From a virus (taxonomy: Duplodnaviria; Heunggongvirae; Uroviricota; Caudoviricetes), in the IMG/VR virus record IMGVR_UViG_2728369554_000010, positions 1-30,451 of that record: DNA of 30,451 nucleotides, one strand, 5' to 3'. The notes under the pieces were generated by a model that did not search any database, had not been told where the DNA came from, and worked only from the letters and a program-made list of their open reading frames with translations. Each line of letters opens with the position of its first letter. Within the stretch, counting starts at the first letter, position 1. The translations under genes were made by a program, and so were the position numbers. Shown one piece after another: positions 7,314 to 16,851 of the stretch.

Positions 7314-9352
7314 TATTCTGCCCTCATCACCAGGCAAATCCACCAGGCATTGGCTTTATTCCCACAGTTCAGACTCTGACTGGAGCCATTCAGAATAAAA
7401 TAGGACCCCGGCAATAACCCGTACATCATCGATACGTTGTAAACCGATGCCGCTGCGCACGGATTACCATTGTTCTCAAACATAAGCGATACATGCCGTA
7501 ACTTTTCGCCTGATATCCTGTCCCCACGCTTATGTGAGGCAAGGTCAGCGACAGATATTGCTGCCAGTGTGACTCCGTCAATCCCCGGGTTTCCCCAGAA
7601 GTCAGCAGAGCGTAATCCCTTCGCGCTGAGATTTCCCCAGCCAGCCAGACCGGCTCCGGCACTGGTCCATTTCAGCCAGTTGATAAACATTTCTCCCTTC
7701 TTACTCATGAAAATAATGAGCTTGTCTGCACGCGATTGCGAAGACGAGGAGGCTGTATCCGGAATAATAATTTCAACAATCCCTTCCAGACGATTTTCCT
7801 TGTCAATAATCTGAGGCGCGCTATATGAAGTACCGTCTCCTACCGCATACCGGCCCGGTGGTGTAGTGGATACCCAGGAAATAAAATCAGCAGGGCCGTT
7901 TTCTCCCCTGAAAATGACTTTGTCTTCATGTCGGTAATATCCTCCATATCCCAGCGTCCCCGGAATGGCCACCACGCCTTCGCTGCGATCATAAATATTA
8001 TTCTGTGGCACCACAGTGTCTGACCTTTCCAGCTCAAGCACTCTGCGCATATCTTCCGGTGTGGCCTGTGCCAGCAGTGAACGGGCTTCTGGCGTCAACC
8101 GTGTCAGCGATGCGTTCCCGTCCGAATCAAAGTACAGAAGATTATCTGCCTGAGTGTTTAACCTGCTGATGGCGGTTAAAACATCACTAAGTGGCTGTTT
8201 GCCTGCAAGCGCGTTAGTGACCGTCGTTGCAAAATTCGGGTCACTGCCCAGCGCCGCTGCCAGCTCATTCAGTGTGTCAAGGGCTTCCGGAGATGAGCCA
8301 ACCAGTGCAGCGAGCAGTTTGCGGACAAACGCCGCGTTCGCCATCTCCAGCCCGACCGCATCATCCGGTGGGGTTGGTGTGGTTGGCGTACCGGTGAACG
8401 CCGGGCTGTTCAGCGGCGCGCGGGTTTCAATCAGCGCCCTGAGTGAAGCCTCGTTGACTTTCAGGTTTTCCCAGCCAGTCAGCAATCCATTTCCTGTACT
8501 CCAGTAACGGTTGTAATAAATATCACCGTTAATGCCATAGAAAATAATGGCCTTTGCTGTATGTGGTGGCAGAGGTGTGGAGCGTTCTGCTTCCAGCCAG
8601 CGGATACTTATCATCCCCCGGAAGGCGATGCCGGGAAGTACTCCGCTTCCCCCCTCCACATAATATTCTCCGGGTTCCACACATCTTACCCATGCCAGCA
8701 AATCAGCATCGTTGTTAAACCTGACAGCATCACCCGGAATAAAAATATGACCAAAACCAAATGCGCCCGGTATCGCCAGACAACCTTCAGTCCGGTCTCG
8801 AATATCACCCTGTGGCTCCATTATGGCTGAAACTTTCAGTCCCAGATTATCGCGGGATTCCTGTTGCGCCTCTTCGCCTTCTGCTGCAATTTCTGACAGG
8901 TGATTAGGAGTTTTCAGTGCTGTTTTCAGCTCCGGAGTGATATCCACCTGCCAGCTCTGGGGAGGGACGCTGATTTGCGCGGACTGAGCAATGCCTCTGT
9001 AGGTGATTGTAAAATTGCGGACGAGTGACTCACCTGTCGTTTTCTGTCTGACGGGAGTTTTTATTACGCCGCATAACGTTCCGCTGGCCTGATGGATGAG
9101 ACAAATCCAGTCATAACTGAAAACACAGTCATCAGGAACAACGGCGCTGCACACAATAGTGTCCTGGCTTAACTGGCCACAGGTCAGTTCATTCACAGCG
9201 TATGTGATTCTGTCTTCCGGAACGGTATTGTCTTCGCGCGTTGGTTCCCGCTCCATCAGGGCAAAAATAATAGCGTCAGGGCGTGCAGGTAAATTACTGG
9301 AAGTGCATTCAGCAACCCACTTTTCAAATGCTTTTGTTAACAGTGCGCTCAT
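7313..9352 (-). CDS. Tail fibre protein 2 (mosaic; P2 gpH-like collar region plus duplicated distal domain)
   Basis: 679 aa; contains APLNSPAFTGTPTTP...LNELAAALGSDPNFATTVTNALAGKQP matching P2 gpH from memory; N-terminal 150 aa similar to fibre 1; two copies of an about 115-aa domain. Confidence 0.8.
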   Translation of the reverse strand: MSALLTKAFEKWVAECTSSNLPARPDAIIFALMEREPTREDNTVPEDRITYAVNELTCGQLSQDTIVCSAVVPDDCVFSYDWICLIHQASGTLCGVIKTPVRQKTTGESLVRNFTITYRGIAQSAQISVPPQSWQVDITPELKTALKTPNHLSEIAAEGEEAQQESRDNLGLKVSAIMEPQGDIRDRTEGCLAIPGAFGFGHIFIPGDAVRFNNDADLLAWVRCVEPGEYYVEGGSGVLPGIAFRGMISIRWLEAERSTPLPPHTAKAIIFYGINGDIYYNRYWSTGNGLLTGWENLKVNEASLRALIETRAPLNSPAFTGTPTTPTPPDDAVGLEMANAAFVRKLLAALVGSSPEALDTLNELAAALGSDPNFATTVTNALAGKQPLSDVLTAISRLNTQADNLLYFDSDGNASLTRLTPEARSLLAQATPEDMRRVLELERSDTVVPQNNIYDRSEGVVAIPGTLGYGGYYRHEDKVIFRGENGPADFISWVSTTPPGRYAVGDGTSYSAPQIIDKENRLEGIVEIIIPDTASSSSQSRADKLIIFMSKKGEMFINWLKWTSAGAGLAGWGNLSAKGLRSADFWGNPGIDGVTLAAISVADLASHKRGDRISGEKLRHVSLMFENNGNPCAAASVYNVSMMYGLLPGSYFILNGSSQSLNCGNKANAWWICLVMRAE

Positions 9353-9358
9353 TACTTC

Positions 9359-9910
9359 TTAATTCTCGCTAATGTTCTGCGGTAATTCTGGCCATACAAT
9401 CGCGGCATACGATGCTTTATCTGTAACCTGGCTGAATGTCATCTCTCGTAACTTTTTTGTATAAATACGGCAGGCTTTCAGTTTTTCCCTGTCTTCGTCG
9501 CTGATTAATCCCAGCAGCAGGTCTTTTTCCCACTCGCAGGTCATGATACTGAACTGTTTTAACAGGGCATCACGCTCGTCTTCTGCTTTTAATTTGTAAT
9601 CGAAGACAAATTCATCATTGCGGTAAAACCAGTAACCCGGTGCAGTGATGCGGCGGTTAGCGGTAATATCCGGAACTTCAATAACACTGGCATTACGGGG
9701 TTCAATGCCTGTCACATCCTTACCGACCCACACCACGCGCCCGTCCCCGGTGTAAACCATTTTTATTGTGTCGCTGGCAAAGTTCTTCTGTTCTTCATAC
9801 CAGTTTTTGTCGTCTTCCGAAAAAAGCCAGGTGACACCATATTGTTTTGTCATCTGATATTGTTCTGCGGTTTTCGGATTGCCCGCAGTAATATTTTTTA
9901 AATGCAACAT
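9359..9910 (-). CDS. Tail fibre assembly chaperone (Tfa)
   Basis: 183 aa beginning MLHLKNITAGNPKTAEQY, the characteristic Tfa N-terminus; directly downstream of fibre 1. Confidence 0.8.
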   Translation of the reverse strand: MLHLKNITAGNPKTAEQYQMTKQYGVTWLFSEDDKNWYEEQKNFASDTIKMVYTGDGRVVWVGKDVTGIEPRNASVIEVPDITANRRITAPGYWFYRNDEFVFDYKLKAEDERDALLKQFSIMTCEWEKDLLLGLISDEDREKLKACRIYTKKLREMTFSQVTDKASYAAIVWPELPQNISEN

Positions 9911-9912
9911 TA

Positions 9913-11613
9913 TTAAACACTCGCCACGTTATACCAGGTGCCGTTAATCAGTTTCTGAAGCGGTCGGTAATACACGCCGCCGATGTTATCTGCCGAATTA
10001 CTTCCGGTTTCCTGCACATTAATACCAGATAATCCATGGCCTGAAGGTGAGCGAAATGTCCAGGATATCTGGTTACCTCCCGGGTTGTAATACATTTCGG
10101 AACCATAACGCACATCCTGCACGCCGCCTGTTTTGGTCTGGTAACGGGCATCAAAGTTTCCGTAGTCTGACGGTGTTACCCGCCCGGTAACGTTTACAGG
10201 TTTATTACTCTGAATGCTGCCATTCTGAAAACGCAACACATGCACGCTATTGGCATAAACATCCAGCAGGCCATCACCATTCTGTTTCAGGCCGGTATCG
10301 TTATCCCCGAAAGCAATTGAGTTTCCGCCCAGCGCATTCTGAACGCCGATACCCAACGCACCGTTAACTTTCGAACCACCGCCAACAGATACTGCGTGTG
10401 GCATGGAAACTTCACCCGTCCGCAAATTAATAGTGAACGGACGCAGGGGGCCAATATCGCCATTCTCGCCCTGACCTTCACTGGTAGGGATAAGGTGCAG
10501 GCACTCTTCCGAACGACGAAAAATCAGGCCAAAAGCTTCGTTGAAAATCCTCAGTGCATTAACACCACGGATTTTCAGCTCCCCGGTCATGGTGTCGCCG
10601 TCGCGCTCAACAGCGTCTTTTGCTTTATCCATTGCGGCTTTTACTGCCTTTGATGTGGCGGCGCGGTCTTCTGCGTCGCTGTCGGTGGAGTTGCTGTACT
10701 GCGCAAAGCCTTTCTCCTTCAGTGTTGCGTCCGGATGATGGCGGGATTTTTCGTGCTCTGCCAGTGCATTGCTTTGTTCTTCGTCTGGTGTCTCCGGGCG
10801 CAGGTCCTGTGGGCCGTCTCCTGTCATTTTTGCAAGTGGCGCGACAAAGTGTCGGAAGCCGTTACCGTCTGTATAAGACGCATGTTCCTGGCGGGCGCAG
10901 AACGTAAAAACGGTATTCCATTCGCCAGTAACAAATCCCTGCCAGCTTGCATCAATCCAGAGGGTATCCCCGACCGCAGCCGGCAGGCTGTAAGGTTCGC
11001 GCAGACTGACGCGCAGACCTCCCACATAACCCACGCCGGCGGCAACAGTAGCGGTACCGTCCTGATAGCTGACCTGAAAACCATCCCCCAGAAAAGCGGC
11101 TTCACCGTAGTGATCAAACGCCAGCAGCCGGCGGGCCTCATCCATTCCTGCAAGGCGTGCAGTGAAATCAATCTGCCAGACATCAGCGCTGACATCGATA
11201 TGCATTGCTGCGGCTGCGCCGTCAAACTCCATGGAAAATGTGCGGATCAGGTTGTTTCCCTGCACGCCGTTCGCTGTTTTAATTTTTTGCTGACGAGGTG
11301 TGTGTGCAATCATGCAGAGCACGCCGCTTTCTTCGTTCAGCAGACCGATCCAGTTGTATTCGAAGTCGCCGACTGTCGTGTCCAGAATGATGGAAAACGC
11401 GGTCGCGTTCGGCGACAGGAGGCCGTACTGGGTGACCGGCGCACGATACTGAATCATGGATTCATCAGGGAGTATCTCATCGCGGGGGATCTCTGCGGAT
11501 TCATCCTGTCCCGGAATATATGCAAAAACAAATGTATCCGGGCGCGCAGGTTTTCCACTGATGATTTGATTTGCGCACCAGTGTTCGTACTGTTCAGTAA
11601 TAATCGTGCTCAT
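9913..11613 (-). CDS. Tail fibre protein 1 (P2 gpH-like C-terminal region)
   Basis: 566 aa; HEKSRHHPDATLKEKGF, NALGGNSIAFGDNDTGLKQNGDGLLDVYANS, NFDARY and C-terminal INGTWYNVASV closely parallel P2 gpH as I recall it. Confidence 0.85.
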   Translation of the reverse strand: MSTIITEQYEHWCANQIISGKPARPDTFVFAYIPGQDESAEIPRDEILPDESMIQYRAPVTQYGLLSPNATAFSIILDTTVGDFEYNWIGLLNEESGVLCMIAHTPRQQKIKTANGVQGNNLIRTFSMEFDGAAAAMHIDVSADVWQIDFTARLAGMDEARRLLAFDHYGEAAFLGDGFQVSYQDGTATVAAGVGYVGGLRVSLREPYSLPAAVGDTLWIDASWQGFVTGEWNTVFTFCARQEHASYTDGNGFRHFVAPLAKMTGDGPQDLRPETPDEEQSNALAEHEKSRHHPDATLKEKGFAQYSNSTDSDAEDRAATSKAVKAAMDKAKDAVERDGDTMTGELKIRGVNALRIFNEAFGLIFRRSEECLHLIPTSEGQGENGDIGPLRPFTINLRTGEVSMPHAVSVGGGSKVNGALGIGVQNALGGNSIAFGDNDTGLKQNGDGLLDVYANSVHVLRFQNGSIQSNKPVNVTGRVTPSDYGNFDARYQTKTGGVQDVRYGSEMYYNPGGNQISWTFRSPSGHGLSGINVQETGSNSADNIGGVYYRPLQKLINGTWYNVASV

Positions 11614-12245
11614 GCTTCATCTGCCTGTAATGTGTAATGTTCCACGGACAGGCCGTAATGTCCTGCCTGTAGCGAAGCGGTTAACCAGATGGTGTCCTTT
11701 CTCACCGTTGCTTCTGCTGTGTGATACCTGTAATGGCCGTCGAATGTGCTGGCTGTCAGCCGGGCGGTGGTTGTATTGATTACCTGAAAGAAATAGCGCC
11801 TGCAGGTACGGCCATACTGGCGCACGAGCTGCATCATCAGCGCATTGTTTTCACTTAACTGGGTGTCATTAATGCGCAGTAAAATAACGTCCCAGTCATG
11901 CTGCAGCTGCCGTTCCAGTGTTTTAACGTCTCCCACGCCAAGACGCTTAAAGATGCGTTCGAATCCGGCGCGTTCGCCCGAGTCCTGAGCGTTAATAAAC
12001 GCGTGTTTCACCCTTAAGCGAAATAACGAAACCGGCTCCCCTTTAAATCGGGTGATATTGCGCTGATAAGCCAGCAGGTTAAGTAAAGGCTCTGCGCAGG
12101 TGTCGACATCAATCTGCTGTAGTGGCCACGTCAGCCAGCTGTATACCTTTTCCCAGTAGCGATGCGATGAATGTGCCAGCGTTAACGGCTCGCCTTTATT
12201 CATCCAGGTGGGAAGCGGGAATTCAGGGATCTCCGGAAGTTTCAC
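11610..12245 (-). CDS. Baseplate wedge protein, tail protein I-like (putative)
   Basis: 211 aa between J-like gene and fibre, overlapping both (coupled); assignment is mainly positional. Confidence 0.45.
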   Translation of the reverse strand: MKLPEIPEFPLPTWMNKGEPLTLAHSSHRYWEKVYSWLTWPLQQIDVDTCAEPLLNLLAYQRNITRFKGEPVSLFRLRVKHAFINAQDSGERAGFERIFKRLGVGDVKTLERQLQHDWDVILLRINDTQLSENNALMMQLVRQYGRTCRRYFFQVINTTTARLTASTFDGHYRYHTAEATVRKDTIWLTASLQAGHYGLSVEHYTLQADEA

Positions 12246-13426
12246 GCGCTCACCTCCACAGTAAGGGATTCCAGACGGGGAACAGCCAGATCACTGAGAA
12301 TATCCGGAAGAGAAAATGTAACCGACTCCACCTGTGGAAATACCTGGTGGATCTCTTCGCCCAGTCTGGACATGCTGAAACGGCTGTACGGCCATGTTTT
12401 CTGAACGTCATAATCGCTGTTTTCGCGAAATGCACAGCGAACCAGATTTTCCACATTGCGCAATAACGTCTGAATTTCCTCATCGCTGAGGTTCAGCGTT
12501 GCATACAACCAGAGTGTCACAGTCAGGGGGTGGCGTGTTTCAGGCATGGAAAAACAGCGCAGATCATCACCGTGTCCGTGATGACCTTCATCGTTAATGA
12601 ATGCGTTTACGGCATCAACGAACGGTTCGGATGCGATGCCGGTATCCAGCAGAATGTAAGCATTTGCTGTGCCGGGGCCGCGTGGTGCGTCATGCAGAAA
12701 ATAGATGCGGTCGGCACTGATACCGGCAACGCCGGCAATTACCCCCCGGTAAACGGCATCGGTGTGATAAGCGCCGGCAAGATTAAACTGATTGCGAACA
12801 CGATCACGCAGCTCGTCATCGCTTTCTTCGTTGGCACCCGGTGTGGTCAGCCAGTTTTCATCGTTCTCAACACCGGCAATACCATCAATCGCCACCGGAA
12901 GGATGCGGTAATATCCCGGCGCAAGGTTAAAGCCGGCTCCGGCCTGTTCCGCAGAAACATCGATGTTCATGCTGAGTGTTCCTGCCGGAATAACGGTATC
13001 CCTGACAACGGTCAGCGTATAAATCACGCCGTTAATGCGTTCTGTCTGAATCTGCGTACCGGCCGGCACGGTAACTGCGCGATCAATGTCGTTTTTGGTG
13101 AAACGAATCACGCCGGCTGCGTGCGTGGCGGCCTTGCGTTGCAGGTTTACCGCCCAGGCAAAAACATCAACGAATACACCGCTGGCATCAGCCAGAAACA
13201 GGTTTTTCATCACCACATTAACCAGCGCATCTTTCAGCCACATCACGGGTTTTGTGGTGATAGCTGTAATCAGTCGCCAGAACGGTGACATGCGGGATGT
13301 GTTGGTGATAAGCCCTTCGTCTTTGACAATGGCTTCAAATTCAGCGCGCGCCTGTTCTTCTGTTACCGGCATGCCGTTATCAGCCAGAATGCGCTCGTAA
13401 TCTGCGGTAGGTTTGCCGTTAATCAT
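12242..13426 (-). CDS. Baseplate J-like protein
   Basis: ORF 12242-13429 (TTG at 13429, ATG at about 13426); about 394 aa with acidic ESDDELRDR segment typical of baseplate J family; position upstream of I-like and fibre genes. Confidence 0.55.
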   Translation of the reverse strand: MINGKPTADYERILADNGMPVTEEQARAEFEAIVKDEGLITNTSRMSPFWRLITAITTKPVMWLKDALVNVVMKNLFLADASGVFVDVFAWAVNLQRKAATHAAGVIRFTKNDIDRAVTVPAGTQIQTERINGVIYTLTVVRDTVIPAGTLSMNIDVSAEQAGAGFNLAPGYYRILPVAIDGIAGVENDENWLTTPGANEESDDELRDRVRNQFNLAGAYHTDAVYRGVIAGVAGISADRIYFLHDAPRGPGTANAYILLDTGIASEPFVDAVNAFINDEGHHGHGDDLRCFSMPETRHPLTVTLWLYATLNLSDEEIQTLLRNVENLVRCAFRENSDYDVQKTWPYSRFSMSRLGEEIHQVFPQVESVTFSLPDILSDLAVPRLESLTVEVSA

Positions 13427-13768
13427 CAAGAGATACCGTAAAAGTCAGGGGTTCAAAAAAATCTTCGGTGTGGGCGCTAATCAGCAGGCGACCAGAAAGC
13501 GGGGTTTCTTCTGTCACACTGACCGTGCCAGGTGTGATGCGCTCATCATCTTCAATCAGCAGTGTCATCTGCATCATGATGTCGGCACGAAGCGTCGGGC
13601 TTTTTTCAGCCAGCAGGCGCGTTGCCAGTCCGCTCTCAATGATGGCGTGCTGGCAGTCCTGGGCAATACTTTCCCTGTTGTTGCATAACACTGGTTCACT
13701 GGCGCTGTTCAGCGTGAGATTGCGGCCGGTGATGAGCAAATCAATGTAAAGCGGTTTATCAGTATGCA
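13419..13768 (-). CDS. Small baseplate-position protein (gpW-like position), function uncertain
   Basis: ORF 13419-13895 overlaps the tape-measure 3' end; internal ATG (MHTDKPLYIDLL) at about 13768 gives about 116 aa starting just after the tape-measure stop. Confidence 0.35.
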
Positions 13769-15855
13769 TGCAGCTCCATCCACTCGTTAAGACGGGCAGG
13801 GGATGGATCCTGCACATTGACGTTGACCACACGACGGGAGTTGTCGATTGTGGTCTGGTTTTCGCTGTTGTTCTGCATTTCTGCCGCAATGCCACCCGGC
13901 CCCGCGCTGATGGCTTTACCGCCGGTTAATACGGAGCCTTCGCCACTTCCTGTGCTTTCTGATGTGCCGATGTTAACGCCGGGGATCATGTTGAGTTTGC
14001 CCACAATCCAGCCCCATGAATCACTGAAGGACTGTTTCACCAGTTCCCAGAGATTACTGAAAATCTTCAGTATGCCGCCGGCGAGATCCTTCAGGGCATC
14101 CAGTGGTGAATGGGTGGAAAAATAGTTAACCAGTGCATTCCAGCCGTCCTGGATTGTGTTCCATGCATTGCCGAACCATGCCCCCATACTGCCGACCATT
14201 TCAGCCACCCACTGAAAGGCGGCGGTATCCATCAGCGCGGCTTTAATCTCATCCCAGCGGGTGATCAGGAAATAAATGCCCACGCCCAGCGCAGCCAGTG
14301 CCAGGATGATTAATGTGATGGGGCTGAAAAGTAACTGTGTTGCAATTGCAGCTCCGCTGGTGACTGCGGTGTAGATTTTCATTGCTATGCCGGCGGCACC
14401 CAGCGCAACAGAATAAAGCCAGAGTCCGGCGCGCTGTAATTTCAGCAGCGCCAGCTGAATTTTTGCTTTGACGTTGTATGTTCCCATAGCAATAGACATG
14501 GCCAGATACAGCGCCCTGACCGTTCGGGCAACTACAGTGAATGCCCACATGGTAGCCGTCAGTGTGCGTTTCAGCAGAATGAGAATCTTCAGAGGTGTAA
14601 CTGCTGCCAGCCAGACCAGCCGCAGTCCTGTCCAGACAAACTTCGCCACACCCACCATAATGTTGACAACGGCACCCACTGCGGCAATGCCCAGCAGGGC
14701 GGCAGACAGTAAACCAATAGCCCGTGTGATATTGGGATACAGACGTAACCAGGCAACAAAGGATTTACCGCCTTCGTTGCTTTTCTGGATAAACGGGTAC
14801 AGAACAGGCAGCAACTGCGTGCCGATTTCGATGCGAATGCCGTTAATAATTGCGGCGGCCTGTTCCCATGGATCAACCATGGCCTGCGCCATTTCGACAG
14901 CCTTATCCATACCTTTGATATTGCCCAGCGTGGCGATATTCTTTTCAAGTCCGCCAATGTCCGCATTGAGTAATTTAATCATGGCCACAGCTTCATCGGA
15001 GCCAAAGGCGCTTTTCAGCAAATCGGAATCAGCCACTTTTGACAGATCACCAAATTTGCCCCTGATAAGTTTCATGATCTCGACAACACTTTTCATCGTG
15101 CCGTCTTTATTCACGAAATTAAGCCCCAGCTTTTTCTGGGCGCTGCCTACTGCGGCAAGAAATGCCTTGTACTTTGTCCCGGCCTCGCTGCCACTCATGG
15201 TGGCCTGCAGTTGTCCCAGCACGGCGAACTGTTCAGCCGCATCAATACCGGCCGCTTTTGCACTGGCACCCAGCGTGGTGAACGCCGCTGACATGTTATC
15301 GCCGGTTGTTTTAAACATTTGCACGGCGGTGGCGGTTTGCCCGGCGACCTGCTCCACCCATTTGCTTTTTCCCATGGCATCAGCCTGGTCTTTAAAGATG
15401 CCGTACATGGTGCCCATGTAGGCGGTAATGGTCTGGCTGCTGGATTTGGTTGCTGCTGCCACCGTTGCTGATGCGGTGGTGAAGCGGGACAGCTCATCGT
15501 CAGTTAACCCGGCAATGGCTGACTGGATGTCGTAAGAAGCACGCACAAAATCCTGCGCAGCCCCGCCGTATTCCATAGTGAAATCAACGGCGGCGCGGCT
15601 GAGTTTACGCAATCCGGACTCTGCGACGCCCAGTGATTTCACCTCACCGAGCGCCCTGTCCATTTCAATGGCTGGCATCAGTGCCCCCTGAATGGCTGCA
15701 CCCACTCCCCAGAGCGCAGCGCCTCCGGTAGCAATGTCCCGAAAGGCTCCCCGACTTGTTGCAGCAAATCCCTGAACCTGTCGCCCGGCTGCACGCAACG
15801 GCCTTGTCAGGCGGTCTGTCAGTTCAAGAAGTAATTCAAGGCGCTGTTGTGACAT
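13759..15855 (-). CDS. Tail tape measure protein
   Basis: 698 aa, Ala/Gly-rich with central hydrophobic segments; immediately downstream of the frameshifted chaperone pair. Confidence 0.8.
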   Translation of the reverse strand: MSQQRLELLLELTDRLTRPLRAAGRQVQGFAATSRGAFRDIATGGAALWGVGAAIQGALMPAIEMDRALGEVKSLGVAESGLRKLSRAAVDFTMEYGGAAQDFVRASYDIQSAIAGLTDDELSRFTTASATVAAATKSSSQTITAYMGTMYGIFKDQADAMGKSKWVEQVAGQTATAVQMFKTTGDNMSAAFTTLGASAKAAGIDAAEQFAVLGQLQATMSGSEAGTKYKAFLAAVGSAQKKLGLNFVNKDGTMKSVVEIMKLIRGKFGDLSKVADSDLLKSAFGSDEAVAMIKLLNADIGGLEKNIATLGNIKGMDKAVEMAQAMVDPWEQAAAIINGIRIEIGTQLLPVLYPFIQKSNEGGKSFVAWLRLYPNITRAIGLLSAALLGIAAVGAVVNIMVGVAKFVWTGLRLVWLAAVTPLKILILLKRTLTATMWAFTVVARTVRALYLAMSIAMGTYNVKAKIQLALLKLQRAGLWLYSVALGAAGIAMKIYTAVTSGAAIATQLLFSPITLIILALAALGVGIYFLITRWDEIKAALMDTAAFQWVAEMVGSMGAWFGNAWNTIQDGWNALVNYFSTHSPLDALKDLAGGILKIFSNLWELVKQSFSDSWGWIVGKLNMIPGVNIGTSESTGSGEGSVLTGGKAISAGPGGIAAEMQNNSENQTTIDNSRRVVNVNVQDPSPARLNEWMELHAY

Positions 15856-16336
15856 TACGATCCCTTAAAAGCACGGATAATGCCGTTATTGACGGCGATG
15901 CTCATATTTTCCCAGTAGTGGTTATCCAGCCAGACGGCGGCAGCCAGTGACTGCGGCGAGTCATCCTCGCCGGGCAGCCAGTGGCGGCGCAGAATCAGCA
16001 TCCGGGTAAGGTCATTGCGATCAATGGCCCCCAGATGGCTTTTTATTTTTTTACGGTGATTTCCACTTCCGGCACAAACTCGTTATTCACGGCTGTTGCC
16101 AGGCTGGCCGGCATTCCTGGTTTTTCCAGCAACTGGTTCAGCAGATCGCGGTGCTCTTTAATCACGATACGGCGCAGGTAGTTTTTCAGCGGCGCGATTT
16201 TGTTATCCGGCATGAAGTCGTTCTGCAGGTCGTTGTAGGCTTTTACGGTCGGGATAAACGTCAGTTCATGCTCGCCGACCTGTAAAGTGATGGTGTTCTC
16301 TGCGGTAGTCTGGGTGTTTTTATCGTTCATCATCAT
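15855..16336 (-). CDS. Tail assembly chaperone extended form (gpE+E'-like) by programmed -1 frameshift
   Basis: A7 slippery heptamer at about 16046-16052; the -1 frame after it is open for 64 codons (IKSHLGAIDRNDL...IIRAFKGS) and stops at TAATG overlapping the tape-measure start. Confidence 0.5.
16043..16336 (-). CDS. Tail assembly chaperone (gpE-like)
   Basis: 97-aa ORF directly upstream of tape measure; ends GTA-AAA-AAA-TAA, i.e. an A7 slippery run immediately before the stop. Confidence 0.6.
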   Translation of the reverse strand: MMMNDKNTQTTAENTITLQVGEHELTFIPTVKAYNDLQNDFMPDNKIAPLKNYLRRIVIKEHRDLLNQLLEKPGMPASLATAVNNEFVPEVEITVKK

Positions 16337-16400
16337 TTCCTTTTAAAGTCAAGAATAAGAGGGCTTAATAAGCCTGCAGGAAGGCTTATTAAGCGTAAAA

Positions 16401-16742
16401 TCAGCGCACGCCGTCGTGCTCAAGGCTGAAATGATTGCCATCCGGGCGGTTTTTAAAACGACCGCCCCATGCGCCACCAAGGGATTCCCAGTACTCGCCC
16501 AGCTCGCGGTAGGCCTCTGTGCGGGTCTGATATTCACCGTTAATAAACAGATTAAAATCCACGGCCAGCCGCTGGCAGTGCAGGCTGTTGGCAATGCCGG
16601 ATCCCTTTTGTGCGTTGAGTTTTGCCTGTTCTGGCGTGCGGTACGCCTCACCGAACGTCAGGCCATAACCGCGCTGATGGGCAAACTGGATGAGTTTTCC
16701 GATCATGACGGTAAATTGTTGTTGCTTATCGGAGAGTTTCAT
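16401..16742 (-). CDS. Endolysin, peptidase M15-type (L-alanyl-D-glutamate peptidase-like)
   Basis: 113 aa with SLHCQRLAVDF (H-x6-D) and DGNHFSLEH zinc-ligand-like motifs characteristic of small M15 endolysins. Confidence 0.7.
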   Translation of the reverse strand: MKLSDKQQQFTVMIGKLIQFAHQRGYGLTFGEAYRTPEQAKLNAQKGSGIANSLHCQRLAVDFNLFINGEYQTRTEAYRELGEYWESLGGAWGGRFKNRPDGNHFSLEHDGVR

Positions 16743-16846
16743 TTTTGCTCCTTATGAGGTTGCTGAGGTTTGCGCAGCCAGTACCACAGTGCCCGGATAA
16801 TTTTCCAGGCAATGGCGGCAGCTTTTTGTTCCCTGCGGGACAGCAT
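16739..16846 (-). CDS. Small ORF (35 aa, MLSRREQKAAAIAWKIIRALWYWLRKPQQPHKEQK) between holin and endolysin
   Basis: AGGAG 8 nt upstream of ATG (inside the holin 3' end); stop overlaps endolysin ATG (ATGA); amphipathic/hydrophobic core; below the ORF-track size cutoff. Confidence 0.3.
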   Translation of the reverse strand: MLSRREQKAAAIAWKIIRALWYWLRKPQQPHKEQK

Positions 16847-16851
16847 TGCTG

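Noticed and set aside
10396-11637. Plus-strand ORFs up to 300 aa antisense to tail fibre 1
   Set aside because: Antisense to a gene with strong P2 gpH-like motifs; low-complexity Cys/Arg-rich translations typical of reverse-frame artefacts.
14110-15497. Alternate-frame ORFs (up to 317 aa) inside the tape-measure gene
   Set aside because: Ala/Ser/Pro-rich translations of a GC-rich gene in the wrong frame; no start-site context.
16349-16651. 100-aa ORF embedded out of frame in the endolysin gene, considered as a spanin candidate
   Set aside because: No N-terminal signal peptide or lipobox; sequence is Arg/Thr-rich frame noise.
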